A program made the translations under genes and the position numbers. This document shows positions 1-7,661 of a DNA stretch of 20,000 nt, one piece after another. This stretch comes from an uncultured virus (IMG/VR IMGVR_UViG_3300028557_002174). Taxonomy: Duplodnaviria; Heunggongvirae; Uroviricota; Caudoviricetes. Under the pieces are notes generated by a model, which saw only the letters and a program-made list of their open reading frames with translations, searched no databases and was not told the DNA's origin. Position 1 is the first letter of the stretch; the number at the start of each line of letters is the position of its first letter. Location of the stretch: IMG/VR virus record IMGVR_UViG_3300028557_002174, positions 57,666-77,665 of that record, one strand, 5' to 3'.

Positions 1-2508
1 CAAGGAAGTCAAGGTAATGTAGGTCCTCAAGGTGCTAAAGGTGCTCAGGGTGTTCAAGGTCCTATTGGTGCTCAAGGTAATACAGGTTCACAAGGTTCTC
101 AAGGAGGACAAGGTTCGCAAGGTGCCGTTGGTTCACAAGGAGCGACAGGTAATCAAGGTGCTCAAGGGGGACAAGGTTCTCAAGGTGCCGTTGGTTCACA
201 AGGAGCAACAGGTAATCAAGGTGCTCAAGGGGGGCAAGGTTCGCAAGGTGCCGTTGGTTCGCAAGGTGCCGTTGGTGCTCAAGGTTCTCAGGGAGGAAAA
301 GGTGCTCAAGGTTCGCAAGGAGTACAAGGTTCCCAAGGAGCGGTTGGAGCTCAAGGAGGACAGGGTACTCAAGGAGGACAAGGTTCACAAGGTAGTCCCG
401 GTTCAGTTGGGGCTCAAGGAGGTCAAGGTGCTCAAGGTTCACAAGGAGGTCAAGGTTCCCAAGGAGCAGTTGGGGCTCAAGGAGGACAGGGAGCTCAAGG
501 AGGACAGGGTACTCAAGGTAATACAGGTTCACAAGGAGCTCAAGGTGGTCAAGGTGTTCAGGGAACTCAGGGAGGACAAGGTGCTCAAGGAGCAACAGGT
601 TCTCAAGGAGGACAAGGTGCACAAGGAACTCAAGGTACTCAAGGTAATACAGGTTCACAAGGAGCTCAAGGGGGTCAAGGAGTTCAAGGTTCACAAGGAG
701 GACAGGGTGCTCAGGGTGCTCAAGGGGCTCAAGGAGGTCAAGGAGTACAGGGAGCTCAAGGTTCCCAAGGTAACACAGGTTCACAAGGTTCACAAGGAGG
801 ACAAGGTGCTCAGGGTACCCAAGGAGGACAAGGTGCTCAAGGAGCTACAGGTTCACAAGGAGGGCAAGGCGCTCAGGGTACTCAAGGAGGACAAGGTGCT
901 CAGGGAGGACAAGGTGCTCAGGGAGGACAAGGTACTCAAGGAGGACAAGGTTCGCAAGGAGCGGTTGGTTCACAAGGCTCACAAGGAGGACAAGGTTCTC
1001 AAGGAGCTGTCGGTTCGCAAGGAGCTACTGGTAATCAAGGGGCTCAAGGAGGACAAGGTTTCCAAGGTGCTCAGGGTGGTCAGGGTGCTCAAGGTTCGTT
1101 AGGTGCTGTTGGTAGCCAGGGTGCTCAAGGTTCACAAGGTACTCAAGGAGGACAAGGTGCTCAGGGTTCTCAAGGAGGTCAAGGAGCTCAAGGAGGACAA
1201 GGTTCACAAGGTGGTGCGGGGGCACAAGGTTCACAAGGAGGACAAGGTTCTCAGGGTGGTGGTGGTTCCACAGGTGCTCAAGGTTCACAAGGTTCACAAG
1301 GAGGACAAGGTTCGCAAGGTGGTACTGGTGGTGGAGGTGCCACAGGTTCACAAGGTTCTCAAGGTGGTAAAGGAGCTCAAGGTTCTCAAGGAGGTCAAGG
1401 AGCTCAAGGTTCTCAAGGGTCTACAGGAGGTCAGGGTTCACAAGGAGGACAAGGTTCACAAGGAGGTAAAGGTGCCACAGGTCCGACAGGAGGACAAGGT
1501 TCTCAGGGAGGACAAGGTTCTCAAGGAGGTAAAGGTGCCACAGGTCCGACAGGAGGTCAAGGTGCACAAGGTGGTACTGGTGGTGGAGGTGCCACAGGTT
1601 CACAAGGTTCTCAAGGAGGACAAGGTTCACAAGGTGGCGGTGGAGGTAAAGGTGCCACAGGTTCGCAAGGTTCTCAGGGAGGACAAGGTTCTCAGGGTGG
1701 TGGTGGTTCCACAGGTGCTCAAGGTTCACAAGGTTCACAAGGAGGACAAGGTTCGCAAGGTGGTACTGGTGGTGGAGGTGCCACAGGTTCACAAGGAGGA
1801 CAAGGTGCTCAGGGTACACAAGGGGGACAAGGTTCTCAGGGTGGAGGTGGCTCAACAGGTGCTGCGGGTGGCCAAGGTTCACAAGGACCACAAGGTGCTC
1901 AAGGACCACAAGGAGGACAAGGAGCTCAAGGTGCTGTTGGTTCGCAAGGTGCTCAAGGTTTCCCTTCTGAAGGAGCTGGTGCTCAAGGAGCTCAAGGTGC
2001 TCCAAATCCGACTACAGGTTCACAAGGTGCTCAAGGTTCTCAAGGACCTGGTGCTGGAGGCGCTCAAGGTGCTACAGGGGCTCAAGGAAAGGCGGGCAGT
2101 GGTTTTGGCGCTCAAGGTGCTACAGGGGCTACAGGTTCTGCAGGACCACAAGGTGCTCAAGGTGCTACAGGACCTAAAGGACCATCTGATATTAGATTAA
2201 AGACAAATATCGAACCTATTGAATCTGCACTTGAAAGTTTAATTAAAATTCGTGGTGTTGAATTCTATTATAATTGGGATGATAAAGAAAAACTTGGACA
2301 CAAAAACATTGGTTTCATTGCTCAAGAAGTTTTACCATATTTCCCTGAACTTGTATTCGGTAGTGAAGAGACCAACTACACCATGAAGTACAAAGAGATG
2401 ATTGCCGTGTGTATTGAGGCTTTGAAAGAGCAAGAAGTCATTATCAATTCAATTGAAGACAGAGCTCAAAAACTTGTAGTAAAGGCGAAAGAAAAAAGAT
2501 TACTTTAA
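1..2508 (+). CDS. Collagen-like (Gly-X-Y) tail fibre/spike protein with C-terminal peptidase S74 intramolecular chaperone; 5'-truncated by the window
   Basis: Frame +1 is open from base 1 (QGSQGNVGPQGAKGAQ...) to TAA at 2506-2508. Gly-X-Y runs to ~2184, then SDIRLKTNIEPIESALESLIKIRGVEFYY...IGFIAQEVLPYFPELV...IEALKEQ, the S74/ICA signature. The track missed it because no start lies in the window. Confidence 0.93.
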   Translation, partial: QGSQGNVGPQGAKGAQGVQGPIGAQGNTGSQGSQGGQGSQGAVGSQGATGNQGAQGGQGSQGAVGSQGATGNQGAQGGQGSQGAVGSQGAVGAQGSQGGKGAQGSQGVQGSQGAVGAQGGQGTQGGQGSQGSPGSVGAQGGQGAQGSQGGQGSQGAVGAQGGQGAQGGQGTQGNTGSQGAQGGQGVQGTQGGQGAQGATGSQGGQGAQGTQGTQGNTGSQGAQGGQGVQGSQGGQGAQGAQGAQGGQGVQGAQGSQGNTGSQGSQGGQGAQGTQGGQGAQGATGSQGGQGAQGTQGGQGAQGGQGAQGGQGTQGGQGSQGAVGSQGSQGGQGSQGAVGSQGATGNQGAQGGQGFQGAQGGQGAQGSLGAVGSQGAQGSQGTQGGQGAQGSQGGQGAQGGQGSQGGAGAQGSQGGQGSQGGGGSTGAQGSQGSQGGQGSQGGTGGGGATGSQGSQGGKGAQGSQGGQGAQGSQGSTGGQGSQGGQGSQGGKGATGPTGGQGSQGGQGSQGGKGATGPTGGQGAQGGTGGGGATGSQGSQGGQGSQGGGGGKGATGSQGSQGGQGSQGGGGSTGAQGSQGSQGGQGSQGGTGGGGATGSQGGQGAQGTQGGQGSQGGGGSTGAAGGQGSQGPQGAQGPQGGQGAQGAVGSQGAQGFPSEGAGAQGAQGAPNPTTGSQGAQGSQGPGAGGAQGATGAQGKAGSGFGAQGATGATGSAGPQGAQGATGPKGPSDIRLKTNIEPIESALESLIKIRGVEFYYNWDDKEKLGHKNIGFIAQEVLPYFPELVFGSEETNYTMKYKEMIAVCIEALKEQEVIINSIEDRAQKLVVKAKEKRLL
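4..1965 (+). repeat. 9-bp-period Gly-X-Y coding repeat (~218 in-register triplets, mostly GAQ/GSQ/GGQ/GTQ)
   Basis: The Gly register is the same at every point checked (301, 481, 661 ... 1921). The first break is GFPSEGAG at ~1957-1980. Confidence 0.9.
1237..1796 (+). repeat. Identical 119-bp direct repeat within the fibre gene (1237-1355 and 1678-1796)
   Basis: Base-by-base match from ggaggacaaggttctcagggtggtggt to ccacaggttcacaagg. The offset is 441 bp, or 49 triplets. Confidence 0.85.
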
Positions 2509-3494
2509 GAAATGTAATCGTTGTAAAGAGAATTGATATTTTGTTTGGTTTCAGTCCAATCTGCATATTCAGGTACTCTAACTCTTAAACACTCATGTGT
2601 ATCATCAATTATATTAATAATATTACCCCAATACTCCAAGGTTCTATCTTTATATCTAAGATTATCTTCAAGATAATCTTTTACAATTGACTCTAAATCT
2701 ATAAAAGGTATTTGAAATTTTTGGGTAAATTTATTTTTATCATAAGGGGAAGGTGTTTGAGTCCATTCACCATTACCTTCAAATATAGAATCAAGTTCAC
2801 TCCAAATAGATTCGTAGAGTTCATCTTCATATGCCACATTATAGGCACTCCAGTATAAACTCACCAACTCACTTTCTAAATCATCGGGTAAGATTTCTTT
2901 AATAGATTTTTTATCATTGATTATTCTACTTAATGTTTCAGTGTCTAAAGATACATACTCATCATGACCTTGAGACGATGCAATTTCTTTTAGTAAATCT
3001 GTTGATGGTAAGATTTCTTCATCTTTCAATTCCTCTAATAATCTTTCAATTAAAGTTTGTTTGTTTTGGTCGTTTAAATCATCAATTACGTTGTCATAGA
3101 CATCTATTCCTGAATCCCAATAATCAGAACTATCATATTCACCTGACAATATAGATTCTATTGTGTTACGACCAATATCTCTATCATCACAATAAAGTTT
3201 GGATAAATCCCCTCTATCAGATGTTATAAAATACCATTTACCATCAATGTATGTTACATCGGATAATTTATCTTCAATAAGTTTACGGAAAATTTCTGGT
3301 TTGTTATTAGAAACCCACAGAATGTAATCGTTTTCATAATCGTTATGATTATAATCATCGGCAATTATCTCTTCAAATTTACCTTTTTTATTAACATAAT
3401 TAAAAAATGTGTTGACATCCCCATTAAATGCGGTTTCTAAAAGGTCATAATCACCTTCATTAAAATCTTGAATTACTAAGTCAATAAACGCCAT
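2505..3494 (-). CDS. Acidic (Asp/Glu/Tyr-rich) hypothetical protein, 329 aa
   Basis: Long ORF with ATG start and TATTTAT 6 nt upstream. It converges on the fibre gene with a 4-nt overlap. No family recognised. Confidence 0.85.
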   Translation of the reverse strand: MAFIDLVIQDFNEGDYDLLETAFNGDVNTFFNYVNKKGKFEEIIADDYNHNDYENDYILWVSNNKPEIFRKLIEDKLSDVTYIDGKWYFITSDRGDLSKLYCDDRDIGRNTIESILSGEYDSSDYWDSGIDVYDNVIDDLNDQNKQTLIERLLEELKDEEILPSTDLLKEIASSQGHDEYVSLDTETLSRIINDKKSIKEILPDDLESELVSLYWSAYNVAYEDELYESIWSELDSIFEGNGEWTQTPSPYDKNKFTQKFQIPFIDLESIVKDYLEDNLRYKDRTLEYWGNIINIIDDTHECLRVRVPEYADWTETKQNINSLYNDYIS

Positions 3495-3508
3495 ATTTTC
3501 ATAAATAT

Positions 3509-3535
3509 AAAAAAAGGGTAGATTTCTCTACCCTT
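3509..3535 (-). terminator. Intrinsic terminator downstream of the 48-aa ORF
   Basis: Stem AAGGGTAGA/TCTACCCTT with a 4-nt loop, followed by a T-run on the minus strand. Confidence 0.75.
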
Positions 3536-3559
3536 CACTAAAAAACATCTCAGATTAGT

Positions 3560-3706
3560 TTATTTCTTTACGTAATACTTTTCTACTGTTCTTTTAATGG
3601 CATCTTTGATGTTTTCATTAACAGGTTGAGCCTGGGGTTTAACCACTGGCGCTTGAATCTGATTTGTGTTAGTGTTGTTTTTGTTTTTACAGCCGCATCC
3701 ACCCAT
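3560..3706 (-). CDS. Small protein, 48 aa, with N-terminal GCGCK motif (not in ORF track)
   Basis: MGGCGCKNKNNTNTNQIQAPVVKPQAQPVNENIKDAIKRTVEKYYVKK*. It has an A-rich leader and fills the gap between the GIY-YIG gene and a terminator. Confidence 0.75.
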   Translation of the reverse strand: MGGCGCKNKNNTNTNQIQAPVVKPQAQPVNENIKDAIKRTVEKYYVKK

Positions 3707-3724
3707 AATTTGTTAGTTTTAAAT

Positions 3725-4312
3725 TTAGTTTATTATTTTGAATTTATGTTTATAACAAGTTTTTCTTATGGAACCGTTGTAACCATTATTAACTTTTTTC
3801 TCTCTTAATGAGTTTGAGATTTTCATTCTAACATTTCTTGGACTACCATTGGTAAATCCATTCATTATTAAATAGTTTGCGCCATCAACTAATGATTCAA
3901 AAATAAATGACTCGTTAGTTTCAATATTTGTTAATGAATATTTATCAAAATTTCCGTTTTTTTCTAAATTATATTTTGATAATTTAATTTTAACTTCATC
4001 ATTGTAGGTATTTCGTCTAAACTCATTTACGATAGCTAAATTGTAACCAAAACGACTATCGTTTGAATTATAATAATTAATATAATAATTTTCTTTATCA
4101 ATCAATTTAAAAGACTCACAATACTCAATAACTTCAAATTTAAAACTATCTTTACCGTGTTTAGTATATGACTTTTGAATGTAAGAATTATCATGTAAAC
4201 CTTTATCCAACATCCAAAAATGTTTGTACTCCCTTTTAGATAAATTCAAACTACTACCAATATAAACTTTATTGGTTACTACATTAGTTATTTTATAGAT
4301 ACCACAATTCAC
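3725..4312 (-). CDS. Free-standing GIY-YIG homing endonuclease (Seg/I-TevI-like N-terminus)
   Basis: CGIYKITNVVTNKVYIGSS...R...H...FKFEVIE...EN.YI...GYN; GTG start. Confidence 0.92.
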   Translation of the reverse strand: MNCGIYKITNVVTNKVYIGSSLNLSKREYKHFWMLDKGLHDNSYIQKSYTKHGKDSFKFEVIEYCESFKLIDKENYYINYYNSNDSRFGYNLAIVNEFRRNTYNDEVKIKLSKYNLEKNGNFDKYSLTNIETNESFIFESLVDGANYLIMNGFTNGSPRNVRMKISNSLREKKVNNGYNGSIRKTCYKHKFKIIN

Positions 4313-4378
4313 GAGTTTATCTAAATTAAAGGTTTATTGACTATAAATATAGACATCTCCGAATATTTATCAATTGTA

Positions 4379-5407
4379 ATGAGTTCAGAAGTAAATAATA
4401 TCAGTGCGGAATTAAGAAGAGACAAGGACCTTTGGAAATTGGGACCTGATTGTCCTAAAGAAGGGTTAATGGCGCACGCTTTATTTGACCATTTGGTCTA
4501 TAGTAATGAGATAAATGCGTTGGATGAACAAGGTAAAGAAAGAAAAAGACAACTTGAGTTAAGAAAAAGTCAAATTGAAGATGAAATGCAAAATGACACC
4601 CAAGGGTTAAAGACTAGTTTACAACAACAGTTAGAACAAATTGATGAAGAGTTATCTGAGTTTAATGATTATTATGATGTGTATGATATCATCCCAAAAA
4701 ATGAAGAATTCTATAGTAATATGGAAATTTTTGAAACTTCATGGGATAATAGCCAATATGCTATAGGTAATGAAAAAGAAGTGAAGTGGTCTGCTGAGGA
4801 ATACGCAAAAGAAATGATTGAGAGTGAAGGTATAAATTTTTTCTCAAACAATTTTCTTGAAAATTATATTGATGATGATAGTGTTCAAAGATATGCTGAG
4901 GACATGTATAATGACTTGATTTACCAAGACCCTGAAAGTTGGTTGGACAAGTCACAAAGAGAAACTTCATATGTTCAAGATAATGAAATAAAGTATTTGA
5001 ATTATCAGATTGAAAAAGTTAGGGGTGAGATTGTTAATTTACAACAATTAATGGAAAAATCGCCAAGAGAATTACGTGGGGTATTTGAAAATAAAATATC
5101 CCAATTGGAAAATAATGCCATCTATGAGTTTGAGCAAAAGATAGAAGAAATAGAAGAAAGTCCCGAAGGTGATTTTCCTGATGATTTAATTAATCAAGTG
5201 ATTGATGGGAGGGTAAGTGATGCTATGGACGATACTTTAAGTTTTATTAGGGAATGGGATTTAGGACTTTCATACTTTATTTATGAAGATGATTTGATTG
5301 AAGGGTGGATTGATAGTGATGGTTATGAGATAATGTCTCTTTATGATGGTAAAGTTGATGAACAAAAAGTAGAGGGTGTTTATTATTTTATCATAAGAGT
5401 TGAATAA
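4379..5407 (+). CDS. Acidic hypothetical protein with two predicted coiled-coil segments (~342 aa)
   Basis: ATG at 4379 is preferred over TTG 4337 because TATTTAT lies at 4364-4370. D/E-rich, with heptad-like stretches (ERKRQLELRKSQIE..., EIKYLNYQIEKVRGEI...). Confidence 0.82.
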   Translation: MSSEVNNISAELRRDKDLWKLGPDCPKEGLMAHALFDHLVYSNEINALDEQGKERKRQLELRKSQIEDEMQNDTQGLKTSLQQQLEQIDEELSEFNDYYDVYDIIPKNEEFYSNMEIFETSWDNSQYAIGNEKEVKWSAEEYAKEMIESEGINFFSNNFLENYIDDDSVQRYAEDMYNDLIYQDPESWLDKSQRETSYVQDNEIKYLNYQIEKVRGEIVNLQQLMEKSPRELRGVFENKISQLENNAIYEFEQKIEEIEESPEGDFPDDLINQVIDGRVSDAMDDTLSFIREWDLGLSYFIYEDDLIEGWIDSDGYEIMSLYDGKVDEQKVEGVYYFIIRVE

Positions 5408-5434
5408 ATAAAATGGTGTTTTATTCTTATGTAA

Positions 5435-6220
5435 ATGGCGAGGAAGAAAAAATCATTTAAATTAAATCCTGATTGGATGCTCTCGCAACCAATAGATTTT
5501 GAATATAACAAATATACCTTACTTAATTACATTCAAAAATGTGAGGAAAATTTTGACGAGTTTAAAATTTATCCTGATTTTGTTGAGTTGGCACTTCACT
5601 TAGCAAATGTTCAATCTTTAGTTAAAGAAAAAAGATTACTACAAACAAAAAAGAAATTTGAATCTTGTGATGATGAGATTCTTTTGAAAGAACTTCAACC
5701 ACTTAAGTTACCCGAACTACAAGACAGTGATTTTGGTGAGTTAGAAAAGACATTGGTTTTTTCTGGTAACAGATTGATGGACACCTTTAATATTGGGAAG
5801 TCCATTTGGTCCATAGTATATGAATCAACAACCATCAATCTAAAGAAAAACAAAGACAACATGGGGGTTGGTCACGGATACATCTATTATCCCAACAAAA
5901 GTAAGAAACAAGTATTTTTGTGGGAGTATTCAATCAGAAAGATGAAAAGAACCAAATCAGACGCCAAGATTTATTTTGATATGGTATGGAGTGGTGACCC
6001 TCAAGGTCAACGAGTTACCACGTTAGTTAAAGATGCAACATCGTGGAAGGACTTGGTGGATTTCACCAAGTTACCGATATTTGAGGTAAATACCAATGAG
6101 AATTTTCCATTTGAACAGACTTTGGTTCCGATGTTAAAGAGAAAACTATTGGCGTATATCCTTCAAAGTGTTCCAAAAGAAGATTGGGAATCGTTTGACA
6201 GTTTAAAAATTATTTCCTAA
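5435..6220 (+). CDS. Hypothetical protein, 261 aa
   Basis: Clean ORF. The W...IDFEY.KY.LL.Y.Q...YP N-terminus resembles, from memory only, an uncharacterised Bacteroidota family. Confidence 0.85.
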   Translation: MARKKKSFKLNPDWMLSQPIDFEYNKYTLLNYIQKCEENFDEFKIYPDFVELALHLANVQSLVKEKRLLQTKKKFESCDDEILLKELQPLKLPELQDSDFGELEKTLVFSGNRLMDTFNIGKSIWSIVYESTTINLKKNKDNMGVGHGYIYYPNKSKKQVFLWEYSIRKMKRTKSDAKIYFDMVWSGDPQGQRVTTLVKDATSWKDLVDFTKLPIFEVNTNENFPFEQTLVPMLKRKLLAYILQSVPKEDWESFDSLKIIS

Positions 6221-6225
6221 TTTTG
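6194..6225 (+). promoter_or_regulatory. Bacteroidota-type housekeeping promoter (-33/-7)
   Basis: TTTG (6194-6197), N20, TAATTTTG (6218-6225), 4 nt before ATG 6230; the mRNA would be essentially leaderless. Confidence 0.55.
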
Positions 6226-6229
6226 TTTC

Positions 6230-6439
6230 ATGGGATTCACAAAACGATTCGTAGACCAAAAGAAAGTGAAAGTTCATTTGGAAAATTCCGATTTGAAGAC
6301 TTTGTTCTCTCCGAGGGTTGATGCTTTTATTTTTATGGATACCTTATCATCTGATGTTTTTAATCTATTTCAACAGGGTCATGATGAAACCCAAATCTTT
6401 TACACACTTAAAAAACAAAACCAAAATTTATTTCTATGA
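6230..6439 (+). CDS. Hypothetical protein, 69 aa
   Basis: First of a run of overlapping small ORFs; ATGA overlap with the next gene. Confidence 0.7.
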   Translation: MGFTKRFVDQKKVKVHLENSDLKTLFSPRVDAFIFMDTLSSDVFNLFQQGHDETQIFYTLKKQNQNLFL

Positions 6440-6669
6440 AATGTATTAAAACAACAAAACAATTCGGAAGGTATGCTCTCGGTCATATGCTTCGTGTATC
6501 TGACAAAGATGCTGACCAAAGAGTGTCCACAGGTTATTGGACCTTCATTCCAAAATCAGAGTTCAAGGGGTCTACCGGTGAAAAGGAAGTAATTCACGAA
6601 GAAGACACCAAGAAAAAGAAATCAAAAGAAGTAGAGAAGAAATCTTATGGAAGGAAAAAAACTAAATAG
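6436..6669 (+). CDS. Hypothetical protein with Lys-rich C-terminus, 77 aa
   Basis: Coupled start; basic tail KKKKSKEVEKKSYGRKKTK. Confidence 0.75.
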   Translation: MKCIKTTKQFGRYALGHMLRVSDKDADQRVSTGYWTFIPKSEFKGSTGEKEVIHEEDTKKKKSKEVEKKSYGRKKTK

Positions 6670-6847
6670 TTTACTCTCTAAACTACGTCAACCTCTACAC
6701 ATCTCCTACATTTCAAAATACATTTTGAAGGAAGATTTAGAGACAACACAAAAAGAATTGGATGACCTTGTTGAAGAAGGTTTGATAATAGAATCTCCAT
6801 TGTCGTCAAAATATTATGTCGTTCAAACTGTACAAAATCAGAGCTAA
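6647..6847 (+). CDS. Small putative winged-helix protein, 66 aa
   Basis: LRQPLHISYISKYILKEDLETTQKELDDLVEEGLIIE...YYV follows a wHTH pattern (L..L.EEGLI). Confidence 0.6.
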   Translation: MEGKKLNSLLSKLRQPLHISYISKYILKEDLETTQKELDDLVEEGLIIESPLSSKYYVVQTVQNQS

Positions 6848-7034
6848 GATTGCTCGTGAGACACATTTGAAATTTGGGGAAAAATACCTATATTCATATG
6901 TGAATGGTGAAAAGAATGGTTGGATGTCAATACTTGGATTTAAAGTAGGTTGGACAAAAGAACCTCTTTTTTCGGTTAGACATGGTTATACTAAATCAAT
7001 TAAAATTAAAGATTATTATTTTACACTAAAATGA
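6816..7034 (+). CDS. Hypothetical protein, 72 aa
   Basis: Overlaps both neighbours in the operon-like array; ATGA overlap with the DUF3310 gene. Confidence 0.65.
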   Translation: MSFKLYKIRAKIARETHLKFGEKYLYSYVNGEKNGWMSILGFKVGWTKEPLFSVRHGYTKSIKIKDYYFTLK

Positions 7035-7255
7035 GTAATGAAATGGTAAATCACCCAGCTCATTATGGCGGTGAGGATAATGTGTATGAAGTTATCAAAG
7101 TAATTGAGGCGTGGGAACTTGACTTCCATCTTGGGAATACGGTGAAGTATATCTCAAGGGCTGGTAAGAAAGGTAGTGATAAAGAATTACAAGACTTAAA
7201 AAAGGCTCTTTGGTATCTTCAAAGAAAGATTGATAACATAGAAAATGCTGGTTGA
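7031..7255 (+). CDS. DUF3310 family protein (T7 gp1.7 nucleotide kinase-like)
   Basis: Signature VNHPAHY...EVIKVIE...FHLGNTVKYISRAGKK...QDLKKALWYL. Confidence 0.9.
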   Translation: MSNEMVNHPAHYGGEDNVYEVIKVIEAWELDFHLGNTVKYISRAGKKGSDKELQDLKKALWYLQRKIDNIENAG

Positions 7256-7460
7256 GGCAAGATATAATTCAAACCACAAAAACGGAGACAGACCATGGAA
7301 AGTGTTTATTGATAAACAACTCTTAAAAGTTGATTCAATAGAATTTCTGTGTCAGATAAACTCTTCTATTGGGTATAGGGATGATGGTAGAGAAACAGGT
7401 CATATTACTTGTGATGCTAAAAAAATTACCCTTGAAGATTATTGTTTGGTTATTGAATAA
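7245..7460 (+). CDS. Hypothetical small beta-rich protein, 71 aa
   Basis: Overlapping ORF with TAATG coupling to the next gene. Confidence 0.72.
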   Translation: MLVEARYNSNHKNGDRPWKVFIDKQLLKVDSIEFLCQINSSIGYRDDGRETGHITCDAKKITLEDYCLVIE

Positions 7461-7660
7461 TGAAATATAAATTAGCAGCAAGAGGTTCAATTTTAGATGG
7501 TTGGGTAATACAATCCGAGGATAAAAAACTTTCCATCAACTGTGTTGAATTTGAAGTGTCGGTTAAAACAAAAACTTTTATTGATAATAATCAAGCTTGG
7601 TTGGAATTTGAAACAGAAAATCCTATTATTGTTAGGGGACATAAGGTAACAATATATTAA
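7460..7660 (+). CDS. Hypothetical small beta-rich protein, 66 aa
   Basis: TAATG-coupled start; ends 1 nt before the methyltransferase ATG. Confidence 0.72.
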   Translation: MKYKLAARGSILDGWVIQSEDKKLSINCVEFEVSVKTKTFIDNNQAWLEFETENPIIVRGHKVTIY

Positions 7661-7661
7661 A

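Noticed and set aside
1..2184. CRISPR array or non-coding satellite
   Set aside because: There are no unique spacers, and the variation follows codon structure.
32..2200. Track ORFs 32-1102(+), 1103-2200(+), 62-793(-), 196-381(-), 1025-1351(-) and 1421-2005(-) (VLKV/LVLL repeats)
   Set aside because: They are shadow frames of the 9-bp Gly-X-Gln repeat. The real frame is +1, which runs into the S74 domain.
3707..4378. Group I intron around the GIY-YIG gene
   Set aside because: The flanks are only 18 and 66 nt, no P7-like core is visible, and no host gene is interrupted.
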